Shown here one piece after another: positions 25,752 to 34,650 of a DNA stretch of 49,201 bases (its first letter is position 1; each line of letters starts with the position of its first letter). Below the pieces are notes generated by a model. That model saw only the letters and a program-made list of their open reading frames with translations, made no database searches and was not told the origin of the DNA. A program made the position numbers and the translations under genes. This stretch comes from Gaiellaceae bacterium (lineage in GTDB: Bacteria > Actinomycetota > Thermoleophilia > Gaiellales > Gaiellaceae), in NCBI GenBank assembly GCA_050697935.1, contig JBOHAY010000054.1:1-49201 (forward strand). Direction: 5' to 3'.

Positions 25752-26351
25752 ATGGAGGGAATCGAGCAAGCGCCGCCCCGTTCCGCGCGCGACCGCGTCG
25801 ACGAGATCCTGCGCGCGGCGTGCCGCGTCATCGTGTCGGAAGGGGCACACGCGCTTCGGATCGGGGGCGTCGCCGTCGAGGCCGGCGTCTCCCGGACGCT
25901 TGTTCACTACTACTTCCAGACTCGGAAGGAGCTTCTGAGAGCGGCGTTCGCATTTGCGGAGGATCGCCGTGTCCAGGCGCTCGAGGCTGAGCTGGAACAG
26001 TTGACCACCGGTGCCGAGAAGGCCGAGCGCGCACTTCTCCGCACGATCGAGCCCGCGCTCGAGGAAATGCCTGCCCTTTGGAACGAGGTATGGAGCAGTC
26101 TTCGGGACGACGCGGAGCTGGGGCCGCTCGCTCGCGAGCGATATCGCATGTGGGCCGAGCGGGTCATTCGCCTGCTCGAGGAGGGACACGACGACGGATC
26201 GGTGCCGCGCGCGGTCGACCCATACAGTGCCGGCTGGCGGCTCGCCGCGACAGCGGACGGCCTCGAGTCGATCCTCTACCTCGGGCTCCTCGACTCGGGG
26301 GCGGCGCGCGCGCTTCTCACCTCGTGTGTCGAGCGGGAGCTCGCCGCGTGA
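25752..26351 (+). CDS. TetR family transcriptional regulator
   Basis: RDRVDEILRAACRVIVSEGAHALRIGGVAVEAGVSRTLVHYYFQTRKELL (TetR HTH). The ATG at 25752 is preferred over the track's TTG at 25731, which sits inside the palindrome. Confidence 0.85.
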   Translation: MEGIEQAPPRSARDRVDEILRAACRVIVSEGAHALRIGGVAVEAGVSRTLVHYYFQTRKELLRAAFAFAEDRRVQALEAELEQLTTGAEKAERALLRTIEPALEEMPALWNEVWSSLRDDAELGPLARERYRMWAERVIRLLEEGHDDGSVPRAVDPYSAGWRLAATADGLESILYLGLLDSGAARALLTSCVERELAA

Positions 26352-27430
26352 TGCTGTCGCAAGCCATCACGCTCTCGGGCGTCAGCAAGCGCTTCGAGTC
26401 CGTGGCCGCCGTCGACGATGTCTCGCTGGAGATATCGAGCGGCGAGTTCTTCTCGCTGCTCGGCCCCTCGGGGTGCGGGAAGACGACGACCCTGCGCATG
26501 ATCGCTGGCTTCGAGCGGCCCGATGCGGGCCGGATCCTCATCGGCGACGTCGACATCACCGAGACACCTCCGCATCGCCGCCCCGTGAACACGGTGTTTC
26601 AGAGCTACGCGCTGTTCCCGCATCTGAGCGTGGAGCAGAACGTCGCGTTCGGGCTCCGCTTCACGAGCGTGTCGAAGGTCGAAGGTCGCGCGCGAGTCCG
26701 CGAGGTGCTCGAGCTCGTGCGGCTCACCGGGTTCGAGCAGCGCCGACCCCATCAGCTTTCAGGCGGACAGCAGCAGCGGGTCGCTTTGGCGCGCGCTCTC
26801 GTGCTCTCGCCGTCCGTGCTCTTGCTCGACGAGCCGCTCGGCGCGCTCGACGCGAAGCTGCGCCGCGACCTCCAGATCGAGCTCAAGAGCCTTCAGCGCG
26901 AGATCGGGATCACGTTTCTCTACGTGACGCACGATCAGGAAGAGGCGTTGACGATGTCCGATCGACTCGCCGTCATGGCACGCGGGAAGGTGGAGCAGCT
27001 CGGCACACCGCGCGACGTGTACGAGCAGCCGGAGACGACCTTCGTGGCCGACTTCCTTGGCGTGTCGAACCTGATGCGTGCTCGTGTCCTCGACCATGGA
27101 CGCGTGGACGTCGGCGGTGTCGTGCTGGCTTCGACGAGCGGAGATGCAACCGCGTCAGGGGTCGTCCGGGTCACGATACGACCCGAGCGAGTGCGCATCG
27201 AGCCGCCCGGGGCAGGGGGCGCGAACCGCACGCCCGCGACGATCGAGCGGTTCGTCTACCTCGGTTCGACGACCCAGGTGTTCGTCGTCCTCCCCGGTGG
27301 TGACCGGGTGCAGGCACTTGTTGCGAACTCGGGGGACGTCGAGGAGTACGACGTCGGCGCAGCCGTGACCGCTCACCTTCCCGCCGACGCCTTGCGCATC
27401 CTCGCCGACGACGAGCCGGTTGCCGGATGA
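26351..27430 (+). CDS. potA: ABC transporter ATP-binding protein, spermidine/putrescine (PotA) type
   Basis: LLGPSGCGKTT (Walker A), LSGGQQQRVALARAL, LLLDEPLGALD, and a C-terminal TOBE-like tail. The ATG at 26351 overlaps the tetR TGA (alternative GTG at 26348). Confidence 0.85.
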   Translation: MLSQAITLSGVSKRFESVAAVDDVSLEISSGEFFSLLGPSGCGKTTTLRMIAGFERPDAGRILIGDVDITETPPHRRPVNTVFQSYALFPHLSVEQNVAFGLRFTSVSKVEGRARVREVLELVRLTGFEQRRPHQLSGGQQQRVALARALVLSPSVLLLDEPLGALDAKLRRDLQIELKSLQREIGITFLYVTHDQEEALTMSDRLAVMARGKVEQLGTPRDVYEQPETTFVADFLGVSNLMRARVLDHGRVDVGGVVLASTSGDATASGVVRVTIRPERVRIEPPGAGGANRTPATIERFVYLGSTTQVFVVLPGGDRVQALVANSGDVEEYDVGAAVTAHLPADALRILADDEPVAG

Positions 27431-28752
27431 CGGACGTCGTCGTCCTCGGCGCCGGGCTCGCGGGGCTCTGCGCCGCGCGCGACCTCGACCGCGCCGGCGC
27501 GGACGTCATCGTGCTCGAGGCTCGAGACCGCGTCGGCGGCCGCGTCGAGCAGGTTTCCGTCGACGGGAGGCCTGTACAGCTCGGCGGGGAGCTCGTCGGA
27601 GAGGCCCACACGGCGTATCTCGGCCTCGTCGAGGAGCTGGGCATGACGCTCACGTCGACCTACACGTCGGTCGAAGGCGCAACGACCTACGACCTCGTGG
27701 ACGGTGTCTTGCGCTCTGAGGACGGATTTCCGTTCGCGACTGCGGCGGAGCGCGCCGACTACGCGCGGGTCGAGCGGCTCTTCGGCGAGCTCGTGGTGAC
27801 CGTGGATCCCGACGATCCCTGGTCCCACCCCGACGCGGCACGGCTCGACAACGTGTCGTGGGCCCGTTGGATGCGGTCGGTCGGCGCGCTGCCGTCGACG
27901 ATGCGCGCGGTCGAGGCGGGTGCGCTCGCGCTCGCCGCTGGCTCCAGCGAGCGCACGTCACTTCTGGCGGAGCTACGGAAGGCAGTGGCAGTGGGCGACA
28001 CCGGCTTCTACTCGTACGACCTCTGGGAGTCCATGCAGGTGGCCGAAGGGAGCGCGGAGGTCGCGCTACGCATGGGCGACGAGCTCGAAGGTCATATCCG
28101 ATTCGGCGCGCAGGTGATGTCGATCTCCGTCTCGCCGCAGGGATGCAATGTGTCGCTTGCGTCTGGCGAGGATGTGGACGCGGAGGCCGTCGTCTGCGCG
28201 CTGCCTGTCAGTGTGCTTCACGGCGTCCGGATCGAGGGCATCTCGCCCGAGCGGCTCGCCTCTCTCCGAGCCCAGCGTCAGGCGCAGGCCGCGAAGGTCG
28301 TCACGGTGTACGAGCGCGCGGTTTGGGCTGACGTTGGTGCGAACGGTCTCTCGGACGGCGAGCAGCTTCTGGGGTCGACGTGGCCACAGCGTCCGGGCGT
28401 ACTCTCCGGGCTTGTTCCCCCCGAGCGCGTCATGTGGCTCCTCGCGACGGCGGAAGAGGACCGTGAGCGCGTTCTGCACGATGAGCTCGTGCGCATGTAC
28501 GGGCCAGAGGCGGGTATGCCACGCCATACGTTCCTCCGGCTATGGGCGACCGATCCGTACACGCTCGGCTATACGACGCACTGGTGGCCCGGAGACGTGC
28601 TCCGGGTCGGTCCGCTGCACGGCACGCACGATCCCCCCTTCTACGTGTGCGGCTCCGACCAGTGGGTCGCGGGGTACATGGAAGGCGCGGTGCGGACGGG
28701 AAGGGCCGCGGCTGCGGCCGCGCTCGGGAAGGAAGCATGGACGCACGCCTGA
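27427..28752 (+). CDS. Flavin-containing amine oxidase, paralogue 1
   Basis: 441 aa. The ATG overlaps the potA TGA. VVVLGAGLAGLCAARDL..AGADVIVLEARDRVGGRV is the dinucleotide-binding motif of the MAO/putrescine-oxidase family. C-terminal GYMEGAVRTGRAAA. Confidence 0.8.
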   Translation: MTDVVVLGAGLAGLCAARDLDRAGADVIVLEARDRVGGRVEQVSVDGRPVQLGGELVGEAHTAYLGLVEELGMTLTSTYTSVEGATTYDLVDGVLRSEDGFPFATAAERADYARVERLFGELVVTVDPDDPWSHPDAARLDNVSWARWMRSVGALPSTMRAVEAGALALAAGSSERTSLLAELRKAVAVGDTGFYSYDLWESMQVAEGSAEVALRMGDELEGHIRFGAQVMSISVSPQGCNVSLASGEDVDAEAVVCALPVSVLHGVRIEGISPERLASLRAQRQAQAAKVVTVYERAVWADVGANGLSDGEQLLGSTWPQRPGVLSGLVPPERVMWLLATAEEDRERVLHDELVRMYGPEAGMPRHTFLRLWATDPYTLGYTTHWWPGDVLRVGPLHGTHDPPFYVCGSDQWVAGYMEGAVRTGRAAAAAALGKEAWTHA

Positions 28753-30092
28753 TCGAAGCTGACGTCGCCGTCGTCGGAGCCGGGATCTCGGGTCTCGCTG
28801 CCGCAGCCCACGTCGCGGCGGCAGGTCGGAGCGTCGTCGTCCTCGAAGCTCGCGATCGCGTCGGCGGACGCCTCTGGAACACGGAGATCGGTGGCGAGGC
28901 GAACGAGCTCGGCGGCGAGTGGGTCGCGCCCTACCACTCGAGGCTCCGCGAGCTTCTCCCGGAGCTCGGCATCGAGCTGTTCTCGGCGTACCGGGACGGG
29001 GACGACGTCTACGTCGACGAGGCGGGACGTGCGCACCGGCACGGCGGATCCGAGACCGGGCTTTCGTCCGCGTCGGAGCGTGCGCTGAAGGAAGCGGATG
29101 CCAAGCTCGACGCCCTCGCGAAGGAGCTCGATCCGGAGGCGCCGTGGGAACACCCCCGCGCTCGGGCTTACGACACGATCACGTTCGACGAGTGGCTCCG
29201 GCAGGAGGTAGCCGACGAGGTTGCTCGCGAGAACCTGCGCTCGTACCTGGCCGACGGCTTTCTCACGAAGCCGGCGCACTCGTTCTCGCTGCTCCAAGGG
29301 CTCTGGGCCATCGCAGGCGCCGGCGGAACCTACGAGCTCTTCGCGGCGGAGCAGTGCCTTGCGTACCGGGTCGTCGGCGGGTCGCAGCTGATCCCCATTC
29401 GCTTGGCCGAGCGCCTCCGCGATCGCGTCGTTCTCGACTCACCCGTGCGCTCGATTCGCTGGCAGGACGGCCGCGTGCAGGTCGACGCGGGCGACGTTCG
29501 TGCGGACGCCGGCGCGGTCGTCGTCGCCGTTGCCCCTAACCTCGCCGCCACGATCCGCTTCGAGCCTGCGCTGCCGGCGTGGCGCATGAGCCTGCAGCAG
29601 GCGAGCTCACAAGGGAGCGTCACAAAGTTCCTCGCGGTCTACGACCATCCGTTCTGGCGCGAAGACGGCCTCTCAGGCGAGGGCTTTGCGCCGTACGGGC
29701 TCGTTCGCGAGCTCTACGACAACACCCCGCCGTCGGCGGCCGTCGGTGTGCTGTGCACGTTCCTGCCCGGCGAGCAGGCGGATCTCGCGGCGCGCATGAG
29801 CCCCGACGCCCGGCGCGGCGCGATCCTCGAAGGGCTGGCTGCCTTCTTCGGCCCCGAGGCGCTCCGCGCCACGGAGCTCATCGAGACCGACTGGGCCGCC
29901 GAGGAGTGGACGCGTGGCGCCTACGCGTCGACGTTCGGCATCGGCGGCCTCACGCGCTTCGGCCCGGACCTGCGGCGCCCGGTCGGCCCGATCCACTGGG
30001 CGTGCGCCGACATTGCCGGGTTCGGGAACATGCACATGGAAGGCGCCGCCCGCTCCGGTGAAGCTGCCGCCGCCGACGTTCTCGCCATCTGA
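28737..30092 (+). CDS. Flavin-containing amine oxidase, paralogue 2 (putrescine/monoamine oxidase-like)
   Basis: The ATG at 28737 is in frame in track ORF 28542..30092 and gives a 16-nt overlap with paralogue 1. VAVVGAGISGLAAAAHV..AGRSVVVLEARDRVGGRL, WAAEEWTRGAY, GNMHMEGAARSGEAAA. Confidence 0.8.
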   Translation: MDARLIEADVAVVGAGISGLAAAAHVAAAGRSVVVLEARDRVGGRLWNTEIGGEANELGGEWVAPYHSRLRELLPELGIELFSAYRDGDDVYVDEAGRAHRHGGSETGLSSASERALKEADAKLDALAKELDPEAPWEHPRARAYDTITFDEWLRQEVADEVARENLRSYLADGFLTKPAHSFSLLQGLWAIAGAGGTYELFAAEQCLAYRVVGGSQLIPIRLAERLRDRVVLDSPVRSIRWQDGRVQVDAGDVRADAGAVVVAVAPNLAATIRFEPALPAWRMSLQQASSQGSVTKFLAVYDHPFWREDGLSGEGFAPYGLVRELYDNTPPSAAVGVLCTFLPGEQADLAARMSPDARRGAILEGLAAFFGPEALRATELIETDWAAEEWTRGAYASTFGIGGLTRFGPDLRRPVGPIHWACADIAGFGNMHMEGAARSGEAAAADVLAI

Positions 30093-30110
30093 CGTACGGC
30101 GTCGGCTCTC

Positions 30111-31463
30111 CTAGCGTGGAGCGCCGATCACCGCGAACAACCTCCACTCCCCCGGGACACCCTTCAACTCGTGGACCCCGTACTCGCGGAACTCGATCTC
30201 GGAGCCCGCGACTAGGTCTTTGACGGTGCTCGAGACGACCACCTCACCCGGGCGGGCCAGGGCCGCGACCCGCGCCCCCGTATGGACGGCGATGCCGGCG
30301 ACCTTGCCGTCGACGAGCTCGCACTCTCCAGTATGCAGCCCGGCGCGTACCTCGAGACCGAGCTCCCGTACCGCGTCGACCACGGCGCAGGCGCAGGAGA
30401 TGGCACGAGCGGGGCCGTCGAAGCTCGCGAGGAAGCCGTCACCGGCGGTGTCGACCTCGACTCCCCGGTGGCGCATGAGCAGCTGGCGGACGAGTGAGTG
30501 GTGGCGCTCGAGGAGCGCGCGCCACGCGCGATCGCCCAGCTCGGCCGCCTTCACGCTGGAGTCGATGATGTCGGTGAACAGCACCGTCGCGAGCACGCGG
30601 TCGGGTTCGGCTTCGGCCCACGAGCCCGACTCGTGGAGATCGCAGAGAAACGCTCGCACGGCCCTGTTCACCTCGGTTGTACCGCGGCCGAAGTGCAGTC
30701 TCGCGGCCTCCGGAACCGTCATGAAGCGCGCGCCCGGGATGCGCTCGGCCATCCAGCGAGCCGCCTCGGGCGGCACGACAGCGTCGTCGGTGCCGTGGAG
30801 CACCAGCGTGGGCACGCGAATCGCCGGCAGGACATGGCGGATGTCGATCTCCTGGTTCATGCGCGAGAGCGCCGCCAGCGTGCCCGGGCTGGCGGACCAG
30901 CGGAGGTAGTCGACGATGACCGGCACGTCCTCCTCCTCCCAGGCTGCGAGCTCGTGGATGAACGCGAGCGCCTCCTCGCGCGTCCCGTAGATCTGCAGTT
31001 CGCGTGCAGCGTCCCCTCGGTACTGCTGCTCTGTTCGCCCCCACACATAGTCTGGCGCCCACATCGTCCGCGGAAAACCGCCGCGGAGGACGAGCGCTGC
31101 GGTTCGATCCGGATAGGTCGCGGCGAACAGCGCGCTCATGGGCGCCCCTTCGACGACGCCGAGGATCGCTGCGCGCTGCGAGCCGACGGCGTCCATCACT
31201 GCGCGCAGGTCGTCCATCCTCGCCTCGAGCGTCGGGGCTCCGGTGACGGGATCGGACATGCCGGTTCCGCGCTTATCGAACAGGATCAAACGAGAGAACT
31301 CGGTGAGCTCCTCGAGCCCGCGTGCGAACGACGGCACTGTCCAGCGAAGCTCGACGTGGGAGACGAAGCCCGGTACGAACACGAGGTCGAAGGGGCCGTC
31401 CCCGACGATCTGGTACGCAACCGAGACGTCTCCACTCCGCGCGTAGCGTGTCTCCCCCAGCAC
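30111..31463 (-). CDS. Alpha/beta-hydrolase-fold domain fused to a class III adenylate/guanylate cyclase (LipJ/Rv1900c-like architecture)
   Basis: 450 aa, GTG start. The N-domain has FDKRGTGMSD and HGTDD, but its nucleophile elbow reads ILGVVEGAP. The C-domain has VLFTDIIDSS, DTAGDGFLASF, RAGLHTGE, GIAVHTGARVAALA. Confidence 0.8.
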   Translation of the reverse strand: MLGETRYARSGDVSVAYQIVGDGPFDLVFVPGFVSHVELRWTVPSFARGLEELTEFSRLILFDKRGTGMSDPVTGAPTLEARMDDLRAVMDAVGSQRAAILGVVEGAPMSALFAATYPDRTAALVLRGGFPRTMWAPDYVWGRTEQQYRGDAARELQIYGTREEALAFIHELAAWEEEDVPVIVDYLRWSASPGTLAALSRMNQEIDIRHVLPAIRVPTLVLHGTDDAVVPPEAARWMAERIPGARFMTVPEAARLHFGRGTTEVNRAVRAFLCDLHESGSWAEAEPDRVLATVLFTDIIDSSVKAAELGDRAWRALLERHHSLVRQLLMRHRGVEVDTAGDGFLASFDGPARAISCACAVVDAVRELGLEVRAGLHTGECELVDGKVAGIAVHTGARVAALARPGEVVVSSTVKDLVAGSEIEFREYGVHELKGVPGEWRLFAVIGAPR

Positions 31464-31514
31464 GCCCGTTAGTCTGACGCCTCGTCGACGTGATGGTCGC
31501 TGGCCTCGGGCCGC

Positions 31515-32408
31515 CTAGCGAAGCGGCTCGGCGTCGAGCGTCGCGAACTCGCCGACCGCCGATCCCGTCTGACCCCGTGTCGCCCGCACCGCGTGCCAGA
31601 GCAGGAATCCCACGAGGGCAAACACGATCGTGAATACAAGCGTCAGCGTCGCGAGCGCGTTCAGAGCGGGCGTCGGCGCCGTGCGACCGGTCCCGTAGAT
31701 CCGGACCGGAACCGTGTCGGTGTTCGTGCCGGACGAGAGGAACTGGCTGATCACGAAATCGTCCATCGAGATCGCGAAGACCACGATCCCGCTGGCCACT
31801 ATCGCCGGTACCAGCATCGGGAGCAGCGCCAGCCGTACGGCCTGCAGCTGCGATGCGCCGAGGTCGCGCGCGGCTTCCTCGTACTCCGGTCCGATAGCGA
31901 GCAGCCGTCCGCGAACGATGATCAACACGAAGACGAGCGAGAACGTGATGTGGCCGATCGATTGGGCGACAGTGCCCAGCGGTATGAACGTCAGCAGGTG
32001 TACGAAGACGAGAAACAGCGCGGTCCCCATCACGATCTCGGGCGTGACGAGCGTCGCGAGTGAGACTCCCCGGGACGTTCCGGCTCCACGCCCTCGCCAA
32101 CGGGTCAACCCGATTGCCAACGCGACGCCGATCGGAACGGTGACGAGCACCGCGATCGCTGCTAGCCGCATGCTCTGGAGCAGCGCAGTGCTGAGGGTCG
32201 GGTCGTGCAGGACGGACAGGTCGGGATCGCCCGTGTACCAGCGTGTCGACCAGCCTTGAGCGGTCGACCGTGAGCGACCCTCGTTGAACGAGAAGCGGAT
32301 CGCGATGAGGATCGGGACGATCGACCAGACGAGGTACATCGCAGTGAAGAGCACGAGGAACCGCGGCTTTCCCCAAGGGTTTGACCACCAGTCGCGGAGA
32401 CGTCTCAT
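31515..32408 (-). CDS. potC: ABC transporter permease (PotC-like)
   Basis: The ATG at 32408 overlaps the potB TGA (ATGA). MRRLRDWWSNPWGKPRFLVLFTAMYLVWSIVPIL..., EEAARDLGASQLQAVRLALLPML (EAA loop). The remainder of track ORF 31515..33158 is an out-of-frame overlap. Confidence 0.85.
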   Translation of the reverse strand: MRRLRDWWSNPWGKPRFLVLFTAMYLVWSIVPILIAIRFSFNEGRSRSTAQGWSTRWYTGDPDLSVLHDPTLSTALLQSMRLAAIAVLVTVPIGVALAIGLTRWRGRGAGTSRGVSLATLVTPEIVMGTALFLVFVHLLTFIPLGTVAQSIGHITFSLVFVLIIVRGRLLAIGPEYEEAARDLGASQLQAVRLALLPMLVPAIVASGIVVFAISMDDFVISQFLSSGTNTDTVPVRIYGTGRTAPTPALNALATLTLVFTIVFALVGFLLWHAVRATRGQTGSAVGEFATLDAEPLR

Positions 32409-33313
32409 CCTCTGAGCCTCCGCTGGGCTCTCGCCGTCGACACGACGTAGTACCCCATGAAGACCACGAGGAACAGCATCAGCACGATGACGAGCGCCGC
32501 GCCGACGGGGATCTGCTGCCCTCCCTTGATGTAGAGGTAGATCTCGTTCCCGATCATGCTCGTCTGCGGCGATCCCGAGAGCAGGTTGGGCGTGTAGTAG
32601 TCGCCGAACATCGGCAGCGCGATGATCACGATCCCCGCCAGGATCGCCGGCATCGACAAGGGGAGGGTCACCAGCCGGAACGCCTGGAAGGGGCTCGCGC
32701 CGAGATCCCGCGCCGCCTCGAGGAGGCTTCGGTCGATCCGGTCGAGGAACGCGTAGAGCGGCAGGATCATGAACGGTACGTAGCCGTAGACGAGGCCGAG
32801 GATGACCGAGGATGCGCGTCCGTCGAGCCAGTTCCGCGGCGCGTCCAGGATCCCGATCCACACGAGCACGTCGTTCACCCACCCGTCGTCCTGCAGCAGG
32901 TTGATCCAGGCGAGCATCCGCATGAGGTAGCTGACGAAGAACGGCGCGATGAGCCCGGCGAGGAGGAGGCCCTTCCAGCGTCCGCCGTAGCGGGCGACGA
33001 AGTACGCGACGGGGTAGGCGATGAGGAGCGAGAGCGCTGTGGCGATCAGGACGTAGAAGAACGTGCGTACGAAGACCGTCTGGAAGGCCGCGCCGCTCGT
33101 GAAGAGGCCCTCGAACACGAACTCGAACGCTCGCGTGTTCCACTCGAGTGGGTTCCACTCGGGTTGCGGCGTCTGGAAGATCGGATCGACGGTTCCGAGC
33201 GCGACGCAGACGATGACGTAGAACGGGAGGAGAAAGAAAAGGCAGAGCCAGACGATGCCGGGCAGTGCCAGTCCCGCCCAGTAGGCGTCCCCTCCCTTGG
33301 GGTTACTTCGCAC
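32405..33313 (-). CDS. potB: ABC transporter permease (PotB-like)
   Basis: 302 aa. LEAARDLGASPFQAFRLVTLPLSMPAI (EAA loop) and about 6 TM helices. Confidence 0.85.
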   Translation of the reverse strand: MRSNPKGGDAYWAGLALPGIVWLCLFFLLPFYVIVCVALGTVDPIFQTPQPEWNPLEWNTRAFEFVFEGLFTSGAAFQTVFVRTFFYVLIATALSLLIAYPVAYFVARYGGRWKGLLLAGLIAPFFVSYLMRMLAWINLLQDDGWVNDVLVWIGILDAPRNWLDGRASSVILGLVYGYVPFMILPLYAFLDRIDRSLLEAARDLGASPFQAFRLVTLPLSMPAILAGIVIIALPMFGDYYTPNLLSGSPQTSMIGNEIYLYIKGGQQIPVGAALVIVLMLFLVVFMGYYVVSTARAQRRLRG

Positions 33314-34559
33314 CCGCGATGAACTCGGCCCAGGCGTTCTGCCACAGCGTCTGACCGGTAGGTGTCAGCTCGGTCTGCTCGTAGCCCTGGTCGAAGTCGC
33401 TCTCACGGACGATCGCGGTCTTCAGGTTCGGAGGCACGACCCCGTCGGCCACGAGTCGATCGGGATCGAGCTTGACGAACGGCGGTTGGTACCCGACGTA
33501 GTTCGCGTAGTTGTCGTACCCGTGCTTCTCGTCGAGCAGGTAGTTCAAGAAGTGGTGGGCCAGGACGGGGTGTTTCGCCGATTTCGGGACGGCGATCATG
33601 TCGCTACCGATAGTCCCGCGTCCGTCCTCCGGGAACCAGTATCCGAGTGCCTCTGGCCCAACTCCCTCTTCGAGGGAGTACTGGGCCGAGACCGCGCTGC
33701 CCGACCACATCTGGTGCACCCAGGCAAGACCGCCCGGGAGGTTCGTGTAGTCGTTGGTCGAGTACTTCACGTTCACGGCGTCGATGAGCGACAGCAGGTC
33801 GTTTTTCGCGAGCTCGATCTCGTCCGGGTCCTCCGTGTTGATGTTCGTGACTCCGTTCTTCAGGAGCATGTGCCCGAAGGCGTCGCGGCTGTCTTCGAGG
33901 ACGTAGACCTTTCCTTTGTTCGCCTCGTCCCAGTAGATCTCGTACGGGTTCGAGTAGTTCTCTGGGCGGGAATCTGTCCTGTCCTTCCGGTACCCGATCC
34001 CGGTGGTCCACGTGACGTACGGCACCGTGTACTGCGAGCCCTTGTCGTACCACGGGTCCTGAAGGTTCGGCCACACCGTCTTCGACAGATTCGGCAGGTA
34101 GGCATGATTCAGTGGCTGGAGCGTCTTGCCTACGACGAGGCGGCTCATGCGATCCGTCGTCGGGAAGAAGACGTCGTAGTCGATCGCGCCCGACGAGAGC
34201 TTCGTGATGGCCTCGTCCATCGTGTCGAAGAACGACTCCTCGACCTTGACACCGTACTCCTTCGCAAAGTCCTTCTTGATCCTGGGCCAGAGATAGCCGT
34301 TCCAGTTGTAGATCTTGAGCGTGCCGCTCTCGGGCTCGAGGCCGGAGGCGATCATCGGGTTGTCGTCGAAGAGTGGATGGGTGACGGGATTGTCGGGACG
34401 CGCGATCTGAAGCTCGGGCGCGCTTGCGCTGCCGTCTCCTCCTCCGCATGCCGCGAGCAGCGTGCTCAGACTCGACAGGCCTACAACGCCAGCCGCGGAC
34501 CGCCCGAGAAACTCCCGCCTTCCGTACCTCGACTCTCGCGGGTGAAACGTGGCCATCAC
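33303..34559 (-). CDS. potD: Polyamine-type ABC substrate-binding lipoprotein (PotD/PotF family) with a Tat-like signal
   Basis: 418 aa. GRREFLGRSAAGVVGLSSLSTLLAACGGG (twin-Arg motif plus lipobox). The body resembles PotD/PotF. The start is either the GTG at 34559 or the adjacent ATG at 34556. Confidence 0.8.
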   Translation of the reverse strand: MMATFHPRESRYGRREFLGRSAAGVVGLSSLSTLLAACGGGDGSASAPELQIARPDNPVTHPLFDDNPMIASGLEPESGTLKIYNWNGYLWPRIKKDFAKEYGVKVEESFFDTMDEAITKLSSGAIDYDVFFPTTDRMSRLVVGKTLQPLNHAYLPNLSKTVWPNLQDPWYDKGSQYTVPYVTWTTGIGYRKDRTDSRPENYSNPYEIYWDEANKGKVYVLEDSRDAFGHMLLKNGVTNINTEDPDEIELAKNDLLSLIDAVNVKYSTNDYTNLPGGLAWVHQMWSGSAVSAQYSLEEGVGPEALGYWFPEDGRGTIGSDMIAVPKSAKHPVLAHHFLNYLLDEKHGYDNYANYVGYQPPFVKLDPDRLVADGVVPPNLKTAIVRESDFDQGYEQTELTPTGQTLWQNAWAEFIAGAK

Positions 34560-34650
34560 GATCCCCTCCTTCTACCCCCGGCAGGTAACCCGTGCTTTCT
34601 ACCGCTCCAGGTCCCTTCGCACAAGCTCTGGACGATCAGTTGTCGAATCC

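Noticed and set aside
31273-33158. ORFs 31273..32388 and 31515..33158 (N-terminal part) overlapping potC and potB
   Set aside because: Only the C-terminal 297 aa of the second ORF has permease character (EAA loop, TM helices). The rest is off-frame overlap with potB or is Arg/Pro-rich.
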